A stretch of 64,000 bases of DNA from Candidatus Hodarchaeota archaeon. GTDB taxonomy: Archaea; Asgardarchaeota; Heimdallarchaeia; Hodarchaeales; Hodarchaeaceae. The notes beneath the pieces were generated by a model. That model was not told the origin of the DNA. It was given only the letters and a program-made list of their open reading frames with translations, and did no database searches. The stretch covers positions 1-64,000 of the forward strand of contig JAEOTC010000075.1 of NCBI GenBank assembly GCA_016840035.1, given 5' to 3'. This document shows, one piece after another, positions 58,223 through 64,000 of the stretch; position 1 is the first letter of the stretch, and every line of letters starts with the position of its first letter. The position numbers were made by a program, and so were the translations under genes.

Positions 58223-59515
58223 CTAACTGTTTAGAAGTTCTGGTATCTGCGATTCAATCTCATTCAATATACTCTTCTCGTCCAACGTGAAAACATTTCG
58301 CTCATGCATTAGCAACTGTCCATTCACTATCAGAGAGTGGGTGTCACTTCCATTAGCTGCATAAACAAGAGAAGAAATGATATTGTGAATTGGTTGAAGA
58401 TGAGGTGTGTTGAAATCGACTACAACAAGGTCTGCATAATTTCCCACCTTGATTAATGATTCTGGATGGAAATATTTCCGAAATGACCAGTGAGTATCTT
58501 CTAGTACTTCTTCAGCAGGGTAAATGGCGGGATCCCATCGTGCAAATGAAACCATATTCACAGCCTCCCGCATTTCTCGAAATAGATCCAAAGTATTATT
58601 TGAGGCTGTTCCATCTGTTCCTAATGCTACTACAGCTCCGGCTTTTCTTAATTCAGGGATTGGAGTCACACCGCCATAGGCTAATTTCTGAGCTGAAGCA
58701 GGACACCAAGCAACCATTGCATTATGTTTTCCCAAAATTTCTACTTCTCTTTGGGTAATCCATGCGCAATGAGCTACTACCTCTTTTGTACCTTCTTGGA
58801 AAAATCCTATTTGATCTAGTCGTTCGACTGGTGGCACTCCATGTTTTTCCTCACAATCTAATACTTCTTTTCTTGTTTCTGAGGCATGAATTGAGATCGG
58901 AATATTGTGTTTTGCAGCCAGATCTTTGGATTGCAATAAATACTCTTCTTCTACCGTGGTTGGTGAATGAGGAGCGATAGCAGCGTTTAGTAGCGGGGAG
59001 GATTTTACATCTTTCAGTAATTGTTCAAAATCCTTTAATTGGGATTCTAATCCTCCTTGGTTAACAAATGCACTTGGTAATAATCCTGCCCCTAGCCATC
59101 CACGTAAACCTGCGTGTTTGATTACTTTCCCAATAACGGTTTCTTGAAAATAAAAATCGAAAGCTCCCCCTGATCCTGCTTTTATTGCTTCTAAACAAGC
59201 TAGTTTAGTTCCAAGATCGATCCATTTGGCATCAAATTTCCCTTCAATAGCCCAAATGTCAGCTAACCATTCGTATAGTACTTTATTATCGGAATATCCT
59301 CGTAAAAGAGTCATAGGAAGATGGGTATGGCTATTGACAGCAGGTGGCAATACAACAAGATTTTTTCCTTCAATCACATATTCAGGGGATGGTAATTTAG
59401 CCCCTGGAGATATCTGAGTAATTCGATTATCTTCAATAGTGATATTTGTTTGTTTATGTTTGAACCCTTCCTGTGGATCTGAAATTAAGGTGATTTCTTT
59501 GAGTAGAATTTCCAT
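58223..59515 (-). CDS. mtaD: 5'-methylthioadenosine/SAH deaminase-like amidohydrolase
   Basis: 'NSHTHLPMTLLRG', 'APHS', 'HASET', 'AHC', 'LGTDGTASNN'. Confidence 0.82.
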   Translation of the reverse strand: MEILLKEITLISDPQEGFKHKQTNITIEDNRITQISPGAKLPSPEYVIEGKNLVVLPPAVNSHTHLPMTLLRGYSDNKVLYEWLADIWAIEGKFDAKWIDLGTKLACLEAIKAGSGGAFDFYFQETVIGKVIKHAGLRGWLGAGLLPSAFVNQGGLESQLKDFEQLLKDVKSSPLLNAAIAPHSPTTVEEEYLLQSKDLAAKHNIPISIHASETRKEVLDCEEKHGVPPVERLDQIGFFQEGTKEVVAHCAWITQREVEILGKHNAMVAWCPASAQKLAYGGVTPIPELRKAGAVVALGTDGTASNNTLDLFREMREAVNMVSFARWDPAIYPAEEVLEDTHWSFRKYFHPESLIKVGNYADLVVVDFNTPHLQPIHNIISSLVYAANGSDTHSLIVNGQLLMHERNVFTLDEKSILNEIESQIPELLNS

Positions 59516-59691
59516 AGAAGGCGAATATTAACTTATACTTAAAACTCATTCGTTCTTGCAGAAGAGCATCCTTAGGGACGAAACACAAGCAATTACGTTT
59601 TTTGCGAATAAGCAACTTTAAAAAACGAGAATCATTCATATCCTATCTATCTTGATTCATTAGTAAGCGAAAAATCCAAAGGTGATATCAA

Positions 59692-61122
59692 TTGCAAGAA
59701 GTTCTATTTGGTAAAATTGTTGATCTTAAAAAGGCCGAAAAGGATGCTAAGGATGTTAAGTGGCAAACTAAATCAATGAAAAAACACATTGAAAAAGCAG
59801 GTATTAGAAAAAAGGGATTATTCTTACCTTTAGACGGGGAAGATGTCACAAAGGAGAATACTGACTTAGTTAAGGAATTTATGCCTGAAATAAGATTATC
59901 AGGTTTAGAATTACGATCAGAGAGAAAAAGTAAAGCTTGGGGAGGTTCATACTTTCGTGTGGTTGAGGAAAATAATAATCCAGATCATAAATGTATTCAA
60001 CATGTCTATGTATGGACAAAGCAACGTTTCTTCATCTCATTTTGGGTTACTGTCCTCCCACTGTTTATTCTTGGGATTATGGGTACATTAATTTACTCCT
60101 ACCTCTCATATCAAGCAGCGGTCATAAGCATTATCCTTATTGGTGCTTTATTCTTCATTCTAGGGTCCATCCAATTACTTAAAGCGTTTCGTGGATTGTC
60201 AAAAGGAGTATTCTATTTCAGCAATCAGCATCTATTTGTAGTCTTTGGTCTCGTAATGTGGTCTCTTCTGATTGAGATGTTTATGACGAAACCAACCAAT
60301 GAGGTTATAGAAGGTGCAGAAACATGGCATCCGGAGATTATCGGGTCGGATATCATTGAAGAATTTGTCACAAAAGAATATCCTCTTCGATTCAGTTATG
60401 TAGCGGCAATTTTCATCATTGCGGGTGTTCTTGCGTTATATTTCTGGTGGCGTGAACCTCCTTCGTTTACTCATGCTACCCATGCAATGGATTGGGCTCC
60501 ATTTTTCGTCTATATCAAGAAGGAAGGATCTGAGTGGAAAATTGACAAGGTTAAATATGATTCTTTCCATTATTATGCTGGCACACAAACTCTGAGAGAC
60601 TTGAAGAGGATAAAGGCAGTTAGTAGGGATGGAAAGCATCCAAGGTTTTCGATACCCAACTTTTGGCATTCGTTCGAACCTAAAATTTCAAGAGCTCCTT
60701 GGCTTACAGTTTTGTTGGGTCTTCTTCTGTTCGTTATTGCCCTTTTGTTAGCGTTTCTTTCCTTTACTCGTGGTGATGGAACGATAAATGCGACTACGAT
60801 AAGATTCGTCATAGTTCCTATACTTCTCTTTCTTGGTGCATATCTAGCATTTTCAAAATGGCCCACAACTCTGGTAGATAAGAACATAAATTACTCCGAC
60901 AATATTTACCATATCACTGACACAAAACTAAACATTTTCTGGAACTTGAAAGGTGAAGAGCCCTCTTTCAAAGTAAGATCAAAATTCCAAGATCCTTTTA
61001 TGGAAGATGAACATTTTAGCTCTTTCAGAGATGATCTTGAGCAGATTATGCTCTACTCCGTTCTACCCAAAATCAGAGAGCTGGAACAACTTTCTCAAGA
61101 GGACTTTTTCAGGAAAATCTAA
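59692..61122 (+). CDS. Polytopic membrane protein with conserved-looking soluble His/Asp motifs
   Basis: About 6 TMs interleaved with 'CIQHVYVWTKQ', 'HAMDWAPFFVY', 'YDSFHY', 'NFWHSF'. Confidence 0.7.
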   Translation: MQEVLFGKIVDLKKAEKDAKDVKWQTKSMKKHIEKAGIRKKGLFLPLDGEDVTKENTDLVKEFMPEIRLSGLELRSERKSKAWGGSYFRVVEENNNPDHKCIQHVYVWTKQRFFISFWVTVLPLFILGIMGTLIYSYLSYQAAVISIILIGALFFILGSIQLLKAFRGLSKGVFYFSNQHLFVVFGLVMWSLLIEMFMTKPTNEVIEGAETWHPEIIGSDIIEEFVTKEYPLRFSYVAAIFIIAGVLALYFWWREPPSFTHATHAMDWAPFFVYIKKEGSEWKIDKVKYDSFHYYAGTQTLRDLKRIKAVSRDGKHPRFSIPNFWHSFEPKISRAPWLTVLLGLLLFVIALLLAFLSFTRGDGTINATTIRFVIVPILLFLGAYLAFSKWPTTLVDKNINYSDNIYHITDTKLNIFWNLKGEEPSFKVRSKFQDPFMEDEHFSSFRDDLEQIMLYSVLPKIRELEQLSQEDFFRKI

Positions 61123-61242
61123 CCTTTCCAGTTTTCATTTTCTTTTCTCCTTTTCTTTTTTCATCTTCCTCTCTGGATTTCTTTTTAACCCAAGGAATAA
61201 AGAGTTAGTTTCGCTGTTGATTAACCTTCTTCTATTCTAGAT

Positions 61243-62592
61243 GTGATCTGTATGTTCTTAAAAGAAGAACTAAACCAATATATTAATTCTCACTCAAAAT
61301 CCAAGAAAATGTGGGATAGGGCGACAAATGTTCTTGCTGGAGGAGTCTCACATAATATAAGAAATCTTAACCTTCCACTTATTGGTGCTTTTCCACCATT
61401 TATAAAAGAAGGACATGGATCGAAAGTAATAGACATAGACTCGAACACTTATGACGATTACTGGGGGGCACATTATGCTATGATAACTGGGTACTCTAAT
61501 CCTACAATCCAGGAAAAAATCGAAGACCAACTGACAAATACTTGGCATTTGGGAACAGTAATGGAACAGCAAGTCCTAATGGCCGAGAAACTAATCCAAG
61601 ATAATAAAAGCGTAGAACATGTAAGATTTTGTACAAGTGGTACAGAAGCAGCTATGTATGCAACACGGTTAGCTCGTGCCTTTACTGGGAAGAAAAAGGT
61701 AGCTAAGGCTAAACTTGGATGGCATGGTGCTGCCGATACTTTATTCTATGATGTACGTGTTCCACTAACAGGAAAAGAGACTCGTGGAATATTAGATGAC
61801 AAAGAAGCGGGAGTGATTTCCATAGATATTAATGATCAGACTGTCGTTGATGTCTTAAATCAACATAGTAACGAATTAGCTGCAGTCATTGTCGAACCGG
61901 TCTTGGGTGGTGGTGGAGGCTTCCCTGTAGAACCTGAGTTTTTAAATTTGTTAAGGGAAGAAACAATGAGACATGATATTATTCTAATCTTTGATGAAAT
62001 CATTACAGGTTATCGTTTTTGTAACTCACTTTATCAAAATGAGTTAAATGTATTTCCTGATCTTACAACAATGGGAAAGATAATTGGAGGAGGATTTCCT
62101 ATTGGTGCTATTGGAGGAAGGCATGATATTGTTGAACAAGCAAATCCTACCATCCCTGATCGTGTATGGATCGGAGGAGGTACCTTCTCTAACTACCCCC
62201 TCTCAATGATCGCTGGTTTGGAGATACTAAAGATCCTAAAAGACTCTACTCAAGAGTATCAAAGAATCAATAAACTTGGAGAGGCGCTTATTGCTGATTT
62301 AAATCAGTTTTTTCGGGAAGAACAGCTATCATATGTTACGATAGGTCATAAATCGCTAATTACTCTTCATTCTCTTTCAAAAAACTTAGAAAAATATGAT
62401 CCTGCAGAAATTGTTCATTATAGTGATAAACAGAAGGAAGCTTGGACACAATTATCATTATTGAATCGACATATTACTGGAATGCATGGGATCGGTGCTT
62501 TATCCTTCGCTCATACAAGTAAGCAGATACATTATTTACGAGAAACTATTGAAACTTTAACACCTAAGGTTTCTAAAGAAATACATCGATAG
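61243..62592 (+). CDS. Class III aminotransferase, glutamate-1-semialdehyde aminomutase-like
   Basis: 'GGVSHNIR', 'SGTEA', 'WHG', 'FDEIITGYR', PLP Lys in 'GKIIGGGFPIGA'. Confidence 0.85.
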   Translation: MICMFLKEELNQYINSHSKSKKMWDRATNVLAGGVSHNIRNLNLPLIGAFPPFIKEGHGSKVIDIDSNTYDDYWGAHYAMITGYSNPTIQEKIEDQLTNTWHLGTVMEQQVLMAEKLIQDNKSVEHVRFCTSGTEAAMYATRLARAFTGKKKVAKAKLGWHGAADTLFYDVRVPLTGKETRGILDDKEAGVISIDINDQTVVDVLNQHSNELAAVIVEPVLGGGGGFPVEPEFLNLLREETMRHDIILIFDEIITGYRFCNSLYQNELNVFPDLTTMGKIIGGGFPIGAIGGRHDIVEQANPTIPDRVWIGGGTFSNYPLSMIAGLEILKILKDSTQEYQRINKLGEALIADLNQFFREEQLSYVTIGHKSLITLHSLSKNLEKYDPAEIVHYSDKQKEAWTQLSLLNRHITGMHGIGALSFAHTSKQIHYLRETIETLTPKVSKEIHR

Positions 62593-62606
62593 TTTGTTAC
62601 ATAAAT

Positions 62607-62987
62607 CTACGATAGTTCAATGCGATTGATTAGCATTGTGATTAGTTCCTTTTTAGTTACCAAGCTTATACCTAACTCCTCAGCAAGCGATATTGCAGCC
62701 GATGAAAATCCCATAGTCGAAACGATTATCAAACGTGATATTTCTGGACATTTGAGTAATAATTCTTCTACATAACGGATCTGCCTAATTCCTACAACAC
62801 GTTTGAAGTCTTTGATCGCAATTCCGACAAAATCATTGATATTTGGTACTTTCACTACTAGATTTAATCGGGAGTCTGCGAGTGGATGTGGGAAGACTAA
62901 AGCTGGATGATGAGTCGAAAATCCCAGTGATTCAAAAACTGTAACAGTAAGTTCGTGAAGGTTTTCTGATAAGATGTTCATCGTCAT
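62607..62987 (-). CDS. Mrr_cat-like restriction endonuclease-fold protein (degenerate active site)
   Basis: 'VFESLGF', 'K...VVG...I', 'IVSTMGFSSAA..LA...GI.L' Mrr-cat pattern. Confidence 0.65.
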   Translation of the reverse strand: MTMNILSENLHELTVTVFESLGFSTHHPALVFPHPLADSRLNLVVKVPNINDFVGIAIKDFKRVVGIRQIRYVEELLLKCPEISRLIIVSTMGFSSAAISLAEELGISLVTKKELITMLINRIELS

Positions 62988-63185
62988 GATCTATGTCTCA
63001 CATTAAAGAATGACTTCAGATTATCTACTGATTTCTCATTTATAATATCGTATAATATATCAGTAATCTACACACTACACATTTACTATTCACAGAAGAG
63101 AATAATTCATGTTTTGGCTTAAAAGAATCGACATAAAAGATAAATAAGAAGAAGTTTCCGACATTATCCTCCCTAGTATCAGTCA

Positions 63186-63236
63186 TTGATGATTCTCAGA
63201 AATAATACTGATAGAAAACCTCTCGTAGGATTCTGA
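63186..63236 (+). ncRNA. Candidate box C/D sRNA
   Basis: TTGATGA (63186-63192), CTGA (63208-63211) and CTGA (63233-63236) span 51 nt within a 336-bp intergenic region. Confidence 0.35.
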
Positions 63237-63323
63237 AAAATCAGAAAATTCATTTTAAAGTGAGTCATATATTTCAATTTATTACTAAGATTTGCTGATT
63301 CTTCTTGAATAGGTTTATGAGAA

Positions 63324-64000
63324 ATGGTATTGAAAGTTTCTGCACCTGGGAGAATAGTTCTTTTCGGAGAACATCAAGATTATTTAGGTCTACCAGTAAT
63401 TCCAGCTGCTATAGATTTACTTATCGAAGTGAGTGGTCAGAAAGCTCAAGGTTCCACTATTTCAATATTATTAGATGATTTGGGTTTTGTAGAATCCTTC
63501 ACTCCTACCCTAGAAACCCAACTGCCTAAACGTGCTTATCTCCAATCAAGTGTTCGGATTCTTCAGCGGGAAGGGATTATCCCTAACAAGATTGCTATCA
63601 ATGCTCAGATCCAGAGTGAGATTCCTATTCAAGCTGGTCTGTCTTCTTCTAGTGCACTGGTGGTTGTTTGGCTTAAATTCTTATCAGAACTGTATGAGTA
63701 TTCTTTATCTCCGATGGAGTTAACAAATCTTGCGTATCAGGCGGAAGTGGTAGAGTTTAACGAGCCTGGGGGGATGCAAGATCATATGGCAATAGCGCAT
63801 GGTTACGTAAATTATGAGGAATTTGATCCTATTCGGTGTACTAGGCTTCTAGACTCATTTCCTGGCCTTTTGATTGGTGATTCTCGGGAAAAAAAAGATA
63901 CTCTGAGTACTTTAGCAATGATCAAACAGGGTGTTAACACAGGACTAGAAAAAGTCGGTTCCACTAGCGTAAAGGATGTTGACCCTTCAAAATACGATCC
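63324..64000 (+). CDS. GHMP kinase, galactokinase/mevalonate-kinase family (3'-truncated; missing from ORF track)
   Basis: Hand translation: MVLKVSAPGRIVLFGEHQDY...IPIQAGLSSSSAL...EPGGMQD; frame appears open to the window end. Confidence 0.9.
   Translation, partial: MVLKVSAPGRIVLFGEHQDYLGLPVIPAAIDLLIEVSGQKAQGSTISILLDDLGFVESFTPTLETQLPKRAYLQSSVRILQREGIIPNKIAINAQIQSEIPIQAGLSSSSALVVVWLKFLSELYEYSLSPMELTNLAYQAEVVEFNEPGGMQDHMAIAHGYVNYEEFDPIRCTRLLDSFPGLLIGDSREKKDTLSTLAMIKQGVNTGLEKVGSTSVKDVDPSKYD

Noticed and set aside
61243-62592. Firm hemL assignment
   Set aside because: GSA-aminomutase-like motifs are present, but no tetrapyrrole genes are nearby and the C-terminal region is divergent, so no symbol was given.
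2873-63723. Many short (60-157 aa) antisense or alternate-frame ORFs, e.g. 2873-3124, 14522-14845, 29267-29740, 44229-44573, 63532-63723
   Set aside because: They lie within or across well-supported genes and show no motifs. 63532-63723 is an off-frame shadow of the GHMP kinase.
1-64000. tRNA/rRNA genes, CRISPR arrays, transposases/integrases, Sec/Pyl read-through
   Set aside because: By eye I found no cloverleaf (GTTCGAAT near 18449 lacks flanking stems), no regularly spaced repeats, no transposase or integrase motifs, and no gene split by an in-frame TGA/TAG. tRNAscan-SE and cmscan were not run.

Overview
Gene-dense, AT-rich archaeal chromosomal segment, most likely from an Asgard archaeon (Heimdallarchaeia/Hodarchaeales-like). 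This is inferred from a Rab-like small GTPase, a Roadblock/LC7 protein, a probable longin-like protein, NucS with a PIP-like tail, a short archaeal-type PurA and a four-subunit 2-oxoacid:ferredoxin oxidoreductase. Most genes are for heterotrophic catabolism or salvage: POR-type operon, tungsten AOR, HACL/ILVBL-like ThDP enzyme, kynureninase, deaminases, PRTase-purA-purB, udp, glnA, GH4, penicillin-acylase-like hydrolase and a GHMP kinase. I found no tRNA, rRNA, CRISPR array or transposase. The best leads are: (1) a roughly 250-nt structured non-coding region, with its own TATA box, a C-box/D-box pair and a 14-codon uORF, upstream of Roadblock-NucS; (2) a 9-gene, 10-kb membrane operon combining zinc-ribbon proteins, a PrsW-type intramembrane protease and a DUF4129/DUF4350/MoxR/DUF58 module; (3) a GNAT + thiolase-fold + DUF35 triad whose thiolase lacks both catalytic cysteines; (4) a PigC/RPH-like PEP-utiliser cluster; (5) a candidate box C/D sRNA. 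Family assignments come from motif recognition only; no database searches were run.
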